This document shows, piece after piece, positions 28,033 through 44,437 of a stretch of DNA of 60,824 nucleotides. Numbering within the stretch: the stretch's first letter is position 1; each line of letters opens with the position of its first letter. Location of the stretch: contig CALSCP010002192.1 of the NCBI GenBank assembly GCA_943704425.1, positions 1 to 60,824 on the forward strand, in the 5' to 3' direction. Both the position numbers and the translations under genes were made by a program. Source of the stretch: Ministeria vibrans ATCC 50519. Its lineage: Eukaryota; Protista; Filasterea. The notes beneath the pieces are model-generated. The model had not been told where the DNA came from and made no database searches. It saw only the letters and a program-made list of their open reading frames with translations.

Positions 28033-29177
28033 TTGAATTCCTTTTTCTTCTTTTTTTTGCTCTAGATCATCATCTCGGGAATGGGTGAGCTGCATTTGGA
28101 AGTGTATTGCGAGCGAATGTTGCGTGAGTACGACTGTCCAACCGAGCGAGGAAAACCAAAGGTACTTCTTTTTGGTTGAGTTGGGTTCGGTAGTGTTGTA
28201 TTGTGTTGGGCTTGTCGTGATTTGATGTGCTATAATTATTATTTTATCGTCTTGCATTGTGTTGAGATGAAGAATGTTATTTTCTGTTGGGGCCTAACCC
28301 ACACTTGTGGACCCTTTTTTCGGGGGTTTAGGTGGCATTCCGCGAGACCATCACGTCGCCAGTGGACTTTAACTTCACGCACAAGAAGCAGACGGGCGGA
28401 TCGGGTCAGTACGGTAAAGTGATTGGCAAGTTGGCGCCACTGCCGCCACTAACGGATGCGGACGGCGTGGTCCACGGCGTGCCCCTGAACGAGTTTGTCA
28501 ACGAGACGGTCGGACTCAATATCCCGCCGCAGTACGTGCCGTCGATTGAGAAGGGTTTCAACGAGGCCTGTATTAAGGGCTCGCTCACGGGCCATCCCAT
28601 TGTCGGGTAATTTTTCCCATTATAATAATTATTTATTATTGCATTAGAATTGTTTTTTTAAAACCAGCGCTGTTGTGTGTTTACAGCTTGCAGTACACGT
28701 TGCAAGATGGAGCGGCGCACGCGGTCGACTCGAGCGACCTTGCCTTCCGTGTGTGTGCTCGTCAGTCTGTGCGTGCCGTCTACGAAAAGGCCCGTCCACA
28801 AGTTCTTGAGCCAGTCATGCGAGTATGCGCTCATTTATTTTGGACCTCACAGAATCCCATTGACAAAATTTTCGTTTTTTTTTTTTTTTTTTTTGAATCA
28901 GGTTGAAGTGACAGTTCCTGATGAGTATCAAGGCACGGTGATGGGCGGGCTGAACCGACGACGGGGCTGCATTATTGACAGCGAGACGAACGACGGCACA
29001 TGCGTGATTGTGGTGGACGTGCCGCTCAACGACATGTTTGGGTACAGCAGTGAGCTGCGCACACAGACGGCCGGCAAGGGTGAGTTCACGATGGAGTATC
29101 TCAAGCACCAGCCAGCGCTGAAGGACCTTGAAGAAGAGCTTATCAAGAAGTACAAGGAGCGCGACGCCAAAGATTGA
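25824..29177 (+). CDS. GFM1: Mitochondrial elongation factor G1, multi-exon
   Basis: [65 protein letters not shown] and [22 protein letters not shown]. Confidence 0.95.
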
Positions 29178-29263
29178 GTTTTTTTTTTAAAATAATACAG
29201 TACAAAGGGCGCGCGCGTGTGTGTATGGAACCGAAGTAATGTACAACGTGCATCTGCATTGGT

Positions 29264-31398
<2,135 letters not shown>

Positions 31399-31551
31399 AA
31401 TAGCTCGTTCTCTTCAGCGAAGTGGAAATAATATGAGTTTATTGAGTTATATGACGACTTGAGAAACTCGTGAGAACAGAGAAACTCTGAATGTAGAGAA
31501 AATTCAACAATAATAATTTGTATTTATCAACTTTTTGTTTTCTTTATTGAC

Positions 31552-34294
31552 ATGGAGACGTCATTCGACGATGTGTCCGTGCTGACGTCGCGAGCAGATA
31601 TCGAGCGGGCACTTGTGGCCATGAATGAGCGAAGTGCCACTGTCGACGCTTCACTGGATGCTCTTCTTGCGACCCGGCCTGAGCTCGTTGCCAAGGCAAA
31701 CAGCCTCACGGGCTTGGTGTACGTAGAGACGGGAGACGCAGGGGCACAGGGGCTGCGTCGATACTGCTGCCTCTCGCGTTTTAGTTCTTTTGCAGACGAC
31801 TAATAAACTTTTTGCATATAGGTCGCAAATGGAACAGCTCGAATCGGACAGTGCGCGTTTGCACGGAACGATTTCGTTCACCTGCACCATTGCAGAGAAT
31901 GTCAGTGGTCGAGTGCGTGAATTGGACGTGGCACAATCGAATGTACAGACGGCCCTGAAGCGCGTCGAGGACATTATTGATCTCAAGGTGGGCGGCAGGA
32001 CACGACGTGCCTGCCATGGCTGATGTTTGGAGTTGTAGATGTGTGCGGCAGGAGTGCAAACGGCCTTGGACCAAGGAGATTACGAGGTGGCAGCGGGCCA
32101 CATTAGCCGCTATCTGAATGTGGACGCAGAGGTGCTGGCGAGCACGCTTGAGCACGACGACGACGACGACGATGGCGACAGGAACACCGACGAGGAAGAT
32201 GATGTGGACGACACCACCAACGAAGACGATGACGACGAAGACGATGACGACGATGAAAGTGACGGCGGAGTTGGGCGCCGTCGTGGTCATCGAAGGCGAA
32301 GCAACCGATCGAAGCCATCGGCCGGGATGCTGCTGCAGCACGGCGAGCGACAGTTGCGAGAATTGTGTCGCGAACAGTTTGATGCGGCAGTGGCAAGCGA
32401 CAACGAGACGAACATTGAGCGATTCTTTCGGATATTTCCACTGCTTAATCAGCATCAATTTGGACTGGATCGCTACATGAAGAACGTCGTGTGCGTGCGT
32501 GTGCGACGCGCCAACGAAGACAACGTCGCAAAGCTCATGAGTCGCTTCGATCACAAACAAGGTGAAAGGAAAAACGTTGTAAATCAGTTTATTGTTATTC
32601 TTATTGACGTTGGCGAGGAGAGTGTAGAAGAGGCTGGGATTGTGGATGCACTTGCGGGACTGTTTGAGCTGGTTGCGAAACAGGTGCAAGGGTTGACAGC
32701 GGTCGTGAGCGAGCACTACGGGAGTGTGTGGATGCTGGTGGTGGCACAGGTGTTACACACCGAAACGCAAGTGCTTGCAGGGCGCCTTATTGACATGTGG
32801 AAGGAACGTCATCAGTTTGGACGAAAGGTTCAAGAAAACTCGCAAAAAGAAAAAGAAAAAAAGACTACAATTTTAAATATTGTTCTTGCATCTTTGTTAA
32901 ACTAGGTTGCGGATGTGACGGCGCTGATGGGCTACTCAAGTCGGCACCATGGAGCGACTGGTGCAGGTGCAGCAGGGACCCTGTCGGATGCAGACGAGAA
33001 CGACCCTGCTCTACTGGACCCACTGCTGAACCAGTTGGTAGTGATCATTCAACGGGCAGAGATGTACAATCGGTTTATGGGCCGACGCGCGAGCAAGGCA
33101 CTCGAGGCCGCGAGTAGCGCACCGGAGTGGGCCCAGAAGGTCCATGCGGAGTTGACACATTCAGGAGATTTGCAGCGAAAGGTGCAGGAGCTTGCAGGCT
33201 ACTACATTCTTCTTGAAGAGTCCTTCATGAAACGCAGTGTGCACAAGGTACGCTTAATCAGAGCGGTGTCGACACAAGTATGCATCTTATCCATTGCATT
33301 CGGGGCTGCTAGGCTATTGCGAGGGACGCATTGGATGCAGATCAGCACACATTTAGCTTTGTGGACAACACGTTTTTTGTGCTCAAGCATAGTACACAAC
33401 GGACCGTAAACACGCTCGGCAGCAACACGCTGTGTGCGTGTCTCAACCACGCTGGGACTGTGCTTGCAGGCGAGTACAAACGCCACCTCGAGACCCTTGT
33501 CGCCCAAGGTTATCGCTCTGTCAGCACCGACCTCAAGCACGTCGTCGCTCAGCGCCTTACGAACGCCGGGAAGGACGACGGCTGGCTCTTTTACATGGTA
33601 ACTTTATTAATAATACTTGAATTTATTAATAACACTTTTATTGTACTATTATTATTAATATTGTTGTATTACTATTATTGTAACATTATGAATAATATTT
33701 TTGTGTCTATTATTATTATTATTATTATGAATAATAATTATTATTGTGTCTACTATTATTATTATTATGAATAATATTATTTTGTCTACTATTATTATTA
33801 TTATTCAATTTTATAATGATTGCTTAGGCGGCACTAAATGCGCTGGATATGTCGGCTAGCAATACACTACGACTCATGAACACACTGAAGATGGACTGCA
33901 AGCAGCTGTTTGCACAGGTGGACGAGCGTGAGCGGCTCAAGGTGACGAGTTGCCTGACCGACCTGGTAGCGACAAGTAGTGCCTTCAAGCATACGCTGCA
34001 GTCGGCTCTCGAGCATCTCTGCAATAACCTAATTGCGCCTCGCCTTGTGCCTGCCTACGACACCATGCTCAAGTCAGTCATGTTCATTTCAATATCACTT
34101 TACTGACAGTGTATGTGTATGGTTTTTTTTCTTCTTTTTTGTTGCATTTTTTTTACATTTGCAGAAACAACTACCAGCTGGACGAGGAGACGCTGATGGC
34201 CGTTGAGAGCGATCCCGACTCGTTTGTTGTCCGAATTTGTGCAACCGTCAAGGAGAGTGTTGAGACGATCAAGGTTCGCTGCTGTGCATATCTT

Positions 34295-34365
<71 letters not shown>

Positions 34366-34474
34366 GTGTGTGTGTGTATGTGTGTGTGTGTGTCTGTCTG
34401 ACTGTATGTGTGTCTGTGTGTCTGTGTGTCTGTGTGTCTGTGTGTCTGTGCGTCTGTGTGTCTGTCTGTCTGTT

Positions 34475-34508
<34 letters not shown>

Positions 34509-34932
34509 AAACAGGTCGTGTTTAGGAGCTCGCGTGCGAGTCGGTCTATGATGATGTCGTTCTCCTCATTGCACAGTCTATTGCCTCTGATCTCGAGCGC
34601 ACAGCATTCAAGACGACCTTTAATATGGTAGGACGAAGAAAGAATCAGAGGGTTGAAATAATTTGACCCGACTGTTGTTCATGTAGTTTGGTGGGATGCG
34701 TCTGCAAACGGAGCTGCACAAGCTGACATCATTTCTTTTTACGCTCACGCCCGCGTCGATGCGTGACAAGTTTGCGCGGCTCAACCAAATGTGCGACTTG
34801 GTGACACTAGAGAGCGTCAATGACCTGCCGACGTCTGCAAGCTGGCGACTGACTCCAAGCGAGATGCGTCGCACGTTGAGTCTTCGGTCCGATTTGCGTG
34901 CGGCGGAAATTATGAAGAAGATTAAAGTGTAG
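31552..34932 (+). CDS. COG4: Conserved oligomeric Golgi complex subunit 4, multi-exon
   Basis: AENVSGRVRELDVAQ, DIIDLK, DYEVAAGHISRYL, ERFFRIFPLL, YYILLEESFM, RDKFARLNQM and WRLTPSEMR..LSLRSD. Confidence 0.92.
34295..34508. repeat. Intronic (TA)n/(TG)n/(TCTG)n
   Basis: Directly visible. Confidence 0.95.
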
Positions 34933-35031
34933 AATTGATAATGGCAGGAAAACAATGATGCTATATAAAATATATATATATATATGAGAAAGAGTCAACG
35001 AGAGAAATTCTGATTACTGAGAGAGGCAGAG

Positions 35032-35114
<83 letters not shown>

Positions 35115-35347
35115 GGAGAAACAAAGTGATAGAGAGAGAGAGAGAGAGAGAGGAGGGAGAAACAAAGTGATAGAGAGAGAGAGAGAAAGGAGGGAGAAAC
35201 AAAGTGATAGAGAGAGAGAGAGAGAGAGGAGGGAGAAACAAAGTGATAGAGAGAGAGAGAGAAAGGAGGGAGAAACAAAGTGATAGAGAGAGAGAGAGGA
35301 GACAAAGAACCAAGTAAGAGAAAGCACAATTGAGACGTACGACTCAC

Positions 35348-37365
35348 CTGACGGATTCCGCATTCAAAGACATAGTCTGTCGCAATGTCCCACATTGTCG
35401 GACGCGCATCTTCCGTCTCATTTGCCGGCAAAGCATACATATCACGGATCATTTTGCTGTTCTATAAACAGAGCGAAAGAGAATGAGAGAAAGGAAGAGA
35501 GAAAGGAGGAAGAAAGAAACAAGATGAAAGAGAGAGAGAAGAGAGAAAGAAACAAGGTGAAAGAGAGAGTGAGAGAGACAGAGAAGTGAGAAAGAAACAA
35601 AAGTGTGTGAGAGAGAAGAGAGAAAGGAACAAAGCGAAAAAGAGAGAGAGAGAAAGAAACAAAGGTGTATACAGAAAGAAGAATCAAGGGATGATAGAGA
35701 GAGAATCCCCCCCAAATAAATAGGTGTAATAAGAAAAGTGTGTGTACCTCCAGTCCAAACACAACGTCCATTGCTTCTTCGTATTTGAGCTTGTTGATCA
35801 GTTCCGGAAACAACTGGACAATAAACTGGACACTGTAACAAACAAAAGGGGTTCAAGAATCGAATAATTGTGACTCTATAGTATACCCTTCCTGTGTGAG
35901 TGTTCCGAGCATAGTAGGAACTTTGTGAAACTTTCCGTCGTTGACAAGGTTCATTGGTTGATCAGCAAGAACGTCACCGCCCACCGTGGGAGACCACATG
36001 TACGCATGTCTAACACATATATAATTTGTGCAAAGGTAGCGTGTAAGTTAGGGGAAGAGGGGGTTATTTGAATGGAGACGTGTGAGTCAGTTGGGAGAGC
36101 GAGCGAGCCAGTCTGAGCCAGGTTGATGAAATACAAAATAAAATTTCTTACTTGATCAGTTGTGGGAAAGGGAAAACATTCTTCTCCGTCAGAACCTAAA
36201 CACACACACACACATACACACACGCAAAAAATCAATCCAACGCCACACTGAAACCCAATGCTGTAAACCTGCGCCTGAAGAATCTCCTGCCAAGATTTAG
36301 ACATGTAGCACGACAGGTCGTCCTACAATAAAAGGAAAAGCACAAAATCAATTACATCAACCACTCTCTTCTTTACTATAATTTACCTCAGTGCAATTGG
36401 TGAACTCGGCAAACTTCTTATTGACAGCGCGAAACTTCTGATCGCCAAAGGACTGATACTGAATGGCGACGGGATTGCTCATCATAATGGCCCGCTGGTA
36501 GAGCAGCGCACCCTTGTCGACGAAGACGGGCGATGTCATGGCAACCATCACGCTGCCGGCACCGGCACTCTGCCCGCTGATCGTCACTTGCTGTGCGTCT
36601 CCGCCAAACGCGCCAATGTTGTCGCGCACCCTGGTGAGGTGATGGAGCGTTGAGGCTGATGTAGTGTAAAGTGTGACTGTTGCGTACCATTTGAGGCCGA
36701 ATGCTTCGTCGTAGATGCCAAAGTTGCCCTTGAGACTCGACTTGGTGGCCAGAAAGCCCAAGGCGCCCAGGCGGTAGTTGGCGGTCACAATGACCATGTT
36801 TGTGAATTTGCTAAAGTAGTCGGCTAAGGAGAATCAACAACAACAAGAGCAACAACAACAATCGCGTCGTACAGTAGTACAGCTCGGTGCCGGCCGTCAT
36901 AAGCTTGTAGTTGCCGCCGGACCAGAAGACGAGGACGGGCAGGCGGGAGTCGGCTGTGGCGTTGCGTGGCGTGAAGACGTTGAGCTGCAGACAGTCTTCG
37001 GAGAGGACCGTCGGACACACAAAGGGCGGCTCGTTGCACTGCTGCGGACAGCCCGGCCCGAACTGCGTCGCCTTGAAGGGCGTCGTCCACGGCGCGTGCT
37101 CCACGGGCTCTTTCCATCTGAGGAGAGAGAGAAAGAGAAAAAAACACAAAAACAAACAAATTTCAGTTCAAAATTGGCCTTTGCGCAGCGCAGACCGAAG
37201 GGATCCCACGGGCGGGGCGGCAAAGGGAATGCCAAGCCACACGCGTGCGTCGGGCGTCGTGAAGCCCTCGACCGGGCCCTGTGTGGTCTGTACGGTCGGC
37301 CCTGAGCTGACCGCCCGCACGCCCGCCACGAGCGCACCGAGGATGCACAGAACAACTGCTTTCAT
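35348..37365 (-). CDS. Type-B carboxylesterase, secreted; 3' exons missing
   Basis: Signal peptide; WLGIPFAAPPVG, SEDCLQLNVFTP, NYRLGALGFL, DNIGAFGGD; nucleophile GQSAG. The catalytic-His region is not found before COG4. Confidence 0.85.
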
Positions 37366-37543
37366 GGTCACTACAATGTGATCTCCGTAGCTGTTCGTCA
37401 GTCAAATTTAATAATCTGAATTCTGACTAGAAGTTTCACAAACGAGTGACTTCTCCTTTTCATTACTGATTGATAGGAAATTGAAGCGAAACGAGATAGA
37501 ACGAAACCAAATGGGCTAATGATGCAGCGACTTTTCTATTTTC

Positions 37544-38140
37544 TCAATATGCTGGGGCCAAGTAGAGCGAATACGGCTGAGGATGTCGGGGGTGGATATA
37601 CGGGGAGGGTTGTTTTTGAGGAGGGTCTCGAGCTGGTCCACCCTTGGGCGGGGGAGTGATACCGGACACGTAATGTCTCACCCACAGCTCCGCCTCCTCC
37701 GCACACAACAGGTCGCGAGTTTCCTCCAGCAGCAACTGTGCGCGAGTCTGCACCTTCTCATTGGTGTACTTCTTGCGCAGGCACGAGACAAAGTCACACG
37801 TGAAAAATTCTTCGCCACAGCTCTATCACACAAGCATGCGCTTTCTGCGCCAACTTGCCCAACTCTCTCTGCTCCCAGTTGTCTCGGCGCAGCTTCCACT
37901 TGGCACGTACCAACTCGGTCATAGCTGAATTGGCCTTCAGTCGCTTGTCCTCTCTGATACACGCCTCGACGTCCTTGTCTGGGTTCCACGGGTCAAACCG
38001 TTGGTTCACCCACCCCTCTGCCAGGTGGACCTTCTTGCGCATCTCCCAGTGGGTCAGCCTGCACTTCCATTCCGTCCGCACCGCCTCCAAGAGCTTTTTG
38101 TTGCGTCCCACACAGCTCTTCGTGTCCGCCTTCACGAGTC
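37544..38140 (-). mobile_element. Possible degenerate retroelement or pseudogene fragment
   Basis: GC-rich, coding-like island without introns, with frameshifted Lys/Trp-rich frames and a degenerate Cys cluster (CGEEFFTCDFVSC). Identity uncertain. Confidence 0.3.
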
Positions 38141-38346
38141 ACTCATGACTCATGTGTCTAATGACCACCTCATCTCATGACTGTCAAAAGTCAAAACTGT
38201 CAATCAGTTGAAAACTGTGAATGAATTTTGATTTTTGAGTAATAATTATTATAGTATTGCGGTGTACTCGTTAACTCATAAGTCGTAAGTGAGTCGTAAC
38301 TTGTTGGGGGGATAACATATTATATAAGTAGATAGTCTGGTTAAAA

Positions 38347-41300
38347 TCAGTAAAACATGGAGTTGGCTGGCTCGAAGTCACCGGCGATCCAAGCGTCGTG
38401 CGAGGGTGCCTCGTCTAGCCGGTAGGAGGAGCGACGACGCACCGCCTGAGCGGCCGCATGGTCGTCGTCGGCCACAATGGGCGGTAGTGAGCCCTGTTCG
38501 CTTCGCATGCGCAGGTCAAGCTCTACCTCGAGCTCATGCAGTCCCGCGTACTCCACCGCGCCCTCTTCCACCACATTCTCCATGGGATAGGCAATGTCGA
38601 ACGGAATCGACGAGTTGAGCAGGTTCATTTCGGAGCCGCTTGTCGACAGGTTTAGCTCGCTTAATGACGCACCCGACACATGCGAGTGGAGTGGCTCGAG
38701 TGCGAGTCCACTCTCGCTGGCACGTCGCGTCTTGGGCTTGCGGTACATGTTGGAGCCGGCGACGGTGCGCTGCGTGCTCAACGAACGCGACAAGGTTGAA
38801 TCAATGGATGAGCGTGAGGAGCCCTGCAGGATGCGTGTGCGCATGTCGCGCACCTTGTCTTGCACACGTCGCAACAGTTCTTCACGCGTGCGACCCGACA
38901 GCACAAAGAAGACACACAGGAAGACGCCCTGCGTCGTGTTGAACAGCACAAAGAGATACCAGAAGACGACACCGCCGCCGACCATGGCCAGGTAGGCAAA
39001 TACCCAGGCGAGACCCAGACACGCGACAATGCCGCCAAAGAGCACCACCTGTTGCGTCGCACGACGCTTCTGCTTGGTCGCCGCACTCTTGGACATTTTG
39101 CCAAAGGTCACGTCGGTCAGCTTGACGGTGACAAAGACAAAAATGGTAATGTTCACCATGAGGAGGATGCCCACGGGAATGAGAAATGCCCCATAGAGAC
39201 CCCAGGTGGTGGAGATCCAACAACGGTTGGCGTCACCAAAGCCAATGGGGCTGTTCAGCGCCGAGTCAATGCCCACAAGAATGCCTGTGATGACCAAGGG
39301 CAAGCCCCAGCCCAGAAGCACGTAAATCTTGGTGCGAGTCGCATTACCAATGAGCGTGATGAACATGAAGCGCAGATTGTCGGCAATGATGGTCATCCAT
39401 GCAAAGGCGGCCAGCAGGAAGAAGTAGAGGAGCGCCGCGATAACACGGCACCCCAGCGCATTCGACGTGCGATCAATGCCCACCAAGAAGATAAGGTTGA
39501 CACAAAACAGCGCGACACCCAGGTTGAGCACGAGGCGAATGGGTCGTGAGCGGAAGGTGGGTACAATGGCGTAGGCGAGGAACATGAGAGCGATGCATAC
39601 CATCGAGGCAATGCAACCCACATAGGTGAGAACCTCGAGGACCTTGGCGTCCTTTTGCGACAACGTCGATGAGCCCGAGGGGGTTGCCAGCACCGCAAAG
39701 CTGGTCAAATGAGTGCAGCGACACACCGTGTGCGTGGCATTGTCGCTCTGAACCGAGCAGCCCGTCGTGCTATATGTCTTCTCCGTCGCGTCCCAGTAGT
39801 AGCAGCCGCGCGTGCCGGTCGTTGCGCCGTCGTGCGAAAGTGCCATCACCACCGCATTGGCATCGCTCAGACCCCACACGGTCGTGGCGGACACGGAAAA
39901 GGTGAACACGTCGGAGACCACAGAGCGAGCCGTGGTGGTCGCGTCGCGACGCCGACGGCTCGTCATGGTCGTCTCCTTCGTGTCGAGGTAGGGCGACTCG
40001 TCGTAGCGAATCACCTGAAGACCATAGCACGCTTCGGTGGGCAGCGTGGAGACAAAGCCCTGCGAGAGACTCACCAAATTTCGTCCGTTGCGACTCGCAT
40101 AGTCACCCATCACCTCGGCAGTGGTAGAGCGTGTGATCACCGACATTTCGACCGCGCCACCCTGGTAGACGGTCTCCGAGTCGCAGGGACTCGCCGTGGT
40201 CACCGCATCAGCAAGACGGTTCACCACTCCGGCAATTTTATTTGCTTGTGACGCCGTATTCAGGCGATCAATCGACGATGTCGTGAGCATGTCGCCGAGC
40301 GTCGTGAGTGTCGACGAAGCAATCGAATTCAAATCCGCGTCGATGGGCGAACCGGGAGCGCCAATGGTGGCGCTGGAGGCAGACGTCTCGGCAAACGTCA
40401 CAACACTCGACAGTACGTCCATCACATCGGAAGAGGTTGTCTCGGCATCGGAGAGCTCGAGCCAGCTGTTGGACTGGGCGACATTGCGCAGCAGCGACAC
40501 GCGCGTGGTGGCAGCCGACAGGCTGGACACCTGAACGCCAACCGTGCCCTTGAGCGACTGCATGTTGCACGCGACGGATGACGCAAGCGTCGAGGTGCCT
40601 GTTGTCGACAGCGAGCCTCCCACCACAACACCAATGTTGTCCCACAGCGTGAAACAAAAATCCGTAAGGCTTTGCAGTAGCACATTGCCGTTCACCTGCA
40701 GCGCACTTGTGAGCGCGGAGACGCTTGCCAGACGTACATTACTTGACAAGTTCAGGTTGCCCGTAATCAACGTCAGCAGGCTAGGTGTGCTCAAAGAACG
40801 AAGATGGGGTAGTTGCGTGAGCGTGAGCGAACCCGTCAGCACCGTCAGGCGGGACAGGCCCACGTTTGCAAGGAGGGCGTTGTTGCGAATCACAATGTCG
40901 CCCGTGTGCGCACCCGTGAGTGCTGTGTCGGCCAGGCCGGAGCCTGCAAGTGTTAGCAGCTTGTTGTTGCCCTCAATGAACACATCACCCTGACTGAGCG
41001 ACGTGAAGCCGGAGAGGGACACGAGTGCGGGGTTGGCACTCACAGTGATGCGCGACACTTGGACGATGCTACTAAAAGCGCATGTGATGCTGGTGAGCGC
41101 CGCATTGTTCGAGATGAGAATCTCGGCGTCCACTGCAAACAATGGTGAACCGCTGGCACACGGGAACGAGGCAAGCAGTCCGTTGTCCGACACAACCAAC
41201 TTGTTGAGGGGGCCGGCGAGTCCTTCGAGCCCCGTCAGCGAGACGAGTCCCGCATTGTTGTGAAGCACCACCGACGTGATGCCCGAGCTCACGGTGCCCT

Positions 41301-44300
41301 CACCGAGCCACGAGGTTGTCGTGGTACCGCAGTTGGTGATGTTGATCACGCCCCTCTTGAGGATGGTGGTGAGCGAACCCAAGTTTACGAGCTGAGGCAA
41401 CGCGTACAAATTGAGGCTGTTGAGTGACGCGAGGGAGGTAGGAAGGTCAAACTGAAAGAGCAATGGCGAAGCCCGGACGTTGAATGTACCACCCACCGAA
41501 GCGAGTTTGTGCATAGAGCGTATGCGCTGCAACGCCGGGTTGGATACAATGGAAAAGTCGCCACCCACAGTCTCCAAGCTGGGAAACTCGAGGATGATGA
41601 GCAGTGCATTGTTCTCGATGGTGAGATTGCCGCCTACGGATGTGAGTGCCGCCAAGTGAGTCAGCTGGGACAGTCGTGGCATGTTCTTCAAGGTGAGCGA
41701 ACCCGTCACGGCCGTCACCGACGCGAGGTCAGCAAGGCTCGAGGCTGCGTCAATGACTAGGTCTCCGCCAATAGTGCTACACGTCGCCAAGGTTGCCATC
41801 GATGCATCCGAAGAGCGCACCGAGCCGCGACAGTCCACGCCACATGTAAGACCCGAAGTGTAAGGAAGGCAATCGCACGACTTCCTGCCACCTTGTTCGA
41901 GAAGGGGCACACAGGTGCCGCCGTGCAAGCAAATGTTCAAGTCGCAAACGGTCATGTCCGTCTCGCAGACGTCTCCGGTGAATCCTTCGGCGCACGTACA
42001 CAAAAACGAGTCGGTCACCTCGATGCACACACCCTGGTTTTGGCATGGAGCCGAGACACAAAATGAGGGCAGCTCGCACGTGAGTCCACGAAAGTTGCCG
42101 GGACATTGACATGTGAAGCCGTTGACGGCATCGACACACGTCGCCCTGCTGGTGCAGGGCGACGAGTTACACTCATCAATGTTCACGGTACATGTGCCCC
42201 CGGTGTAGCCGGCGGCACAGTCGCAGCGGAAAGAGTCGACAAGGTCGGTGCAGGAGCCGCCATTGACGCAAGGGTTGTTGACACAGTCGTCTGTGTCTGT
42301 CTCGCACCGGGCTCCCTCGTAGCCGGGAGGACAGGTGCACTGGAAGGCATTTACCTTGTCGGCACAGGTTGCACGGTTCTCACACGGCGACGAAGCACAC
42401 TCATCAATGTTGATAGAACAGTCGAGGCCTTCAAAGCCTGCGGCACACACGCAGGTGTACAAGACGATGCCGTCGAGGCAGCTTCCGCCGTTCTGGCAGG
42501 GTGCCGAGGCGCAGTCGTTGATGTTCACCTCGCAAGAGTCGCCTTGGAAGCCATCTTGGCATTCGCAGATGTACTTGAGGACGCCATCAATGCAAACTCC
42601 CTCGTTTTGGCAGGGCGACGAATTGCACTCGGGCAAATTTGTTTCGCACACGACGCCGGTGTAGCCACCCGCACACAAGCATTGGAAGCCGTTGACAGCG
42701 TCGACGCAGGTGCCACCGTTGGTACAAGGCGTGCTGGCACACTCTTGCACGTTGGTCTGGCAGGTGACTCCGACAAACCCGGGGGCACAGCTGCAGATGA
42801 AGACATTGATACTTTGCGTGCAAGTGGCACCGTTGGAGCAGGGAGACGAGGCGCACTCGTCAATGTCGCTCTCGCACAGCGTGCCGGTGTAGCCAGCGAC
42901 ACACGTGCACGTGTACGAAAGCAACCCATCCAGGCAGACTGCGCCGTTCTGACAAGGCGCCGAGGCGCACTCGTTGATGTTGGTCTGGCACCGGTTGCCA
43001 GTGTAGCCGGCAACGCACAGACACGAGGAGCTGCCTGATTGCTGAGCGCACAAGCCTCCATTGAAACACGTTGCCGTCTCGCACTCGCTGGTGAGTGCTT
43101 GAGTGTACACGCGCACATCGCTCAGGTCAGCGGCCATGTAGTCGTCGGACGAGCTCGACGAGCGACCAATGTAGTTGACGGAGCGCTCGACAGTTGCCAG
43201 AGGCAGCGCCTCTGTAAAACTTTCGGTTGTGATAAGCACGCCATTCTGGAAGTAGCGCACAGTTTTTCCGTCGGCCGTCATGTCGACAGCAACGTGTGTC
43301 CACTCGTTGAGGATGAAAGTGTTGCTCAAAAGAGCAAATCGCTCGACGCCACCGTTGCGCCAGGTGAGTGCAAGACGACCGATGCCAGCGCGAAACGAAA
43401 AGAAGATGTTATCGGTGCCTGCAACGGTACCCAGCTCAATGATGCGACCCCAGTTGGAGTAGCTTCGCGCGCGCATCCAGGCGGTGAACGCGAGGGTTTG
43501 CTCACCAATAGTGGTCGGTGGCACCGTCACGTGGTCGCTGACACCATCGAGGGCCAGGAAACCATTAGGTGGGGTCATGGCCAGTGCCGATGTGGGATAC
43601 CAACTGTTCTGGGGATTGCTTGGGCCGACGAGAACGCCGTTGGCGCTGGAGCACGCCGAATCGGCAACGTTGGCACCGTTGTTCTGTCCCGCGCCGTCCA
43701 TGTTGTAGTCAAAGAGCAAGCCTGAGGAGCAGGAGCACGCATAAGCATTGACACGGTCGGCGCACGTGAGCGGCGACGTGCAGGGTGACGAGGCACACTC
43801 ATCGTCGTTGGTTGAGCAACGAGTGTCGGAGTAGCCTTGGGGGCACGTGCACTCAAAGGTTGCCTTGCCCGACATGACAATGTTGTCGATAGCCCAGAAC
43901 CAGGCGGGCGTGCTGCTGCGCATAATGAAGGAGATCACGGCCGACGTGGCACCCGCCGGGTTGTTGAGGTTGAGCACCAACGACTCAGAGAGCGCGGTCA
44001 TCTTGTACGCGTCCGAAGTTGAGTCGGCGCTGTAGGTCAAGGGAGTTTCGGTGCTGAGCACTTGGCCGGCGGCGTTTGAAAACTCAACGGTGACCGTGGC
44101 CTCCTGCGACACGCCCGCCGTGATTTTCCACGCCGACGAAAAGGCAACTTGCAACTCGTTGATACTCAACAAGGAGACGTCGACGCTCACTGAGAGTTTC
44201 GCTGCGAACACACCACTCATGGTGGTGGCGCTGCTGTACGCATCCAGATCGGCAACAGCAATAGTGTTGAGACCGGCCGAGAAGGAGGAACGATCTTCGT

Positions 44301-44362
44301 TGCCTTCGCTGCTGATCCACCACACATTGTTCACAAACGTCCAGCCCTCGTACTACACAGTA

Positions 44363-44437
<75 letters not shown>

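Noticed and set aside
32155-32310. Acidic/basic insertion in COG4 (and acidic tracts in UBE2O)
   Set aside because: Ordinary GAC/GAT low-complexity expansions.
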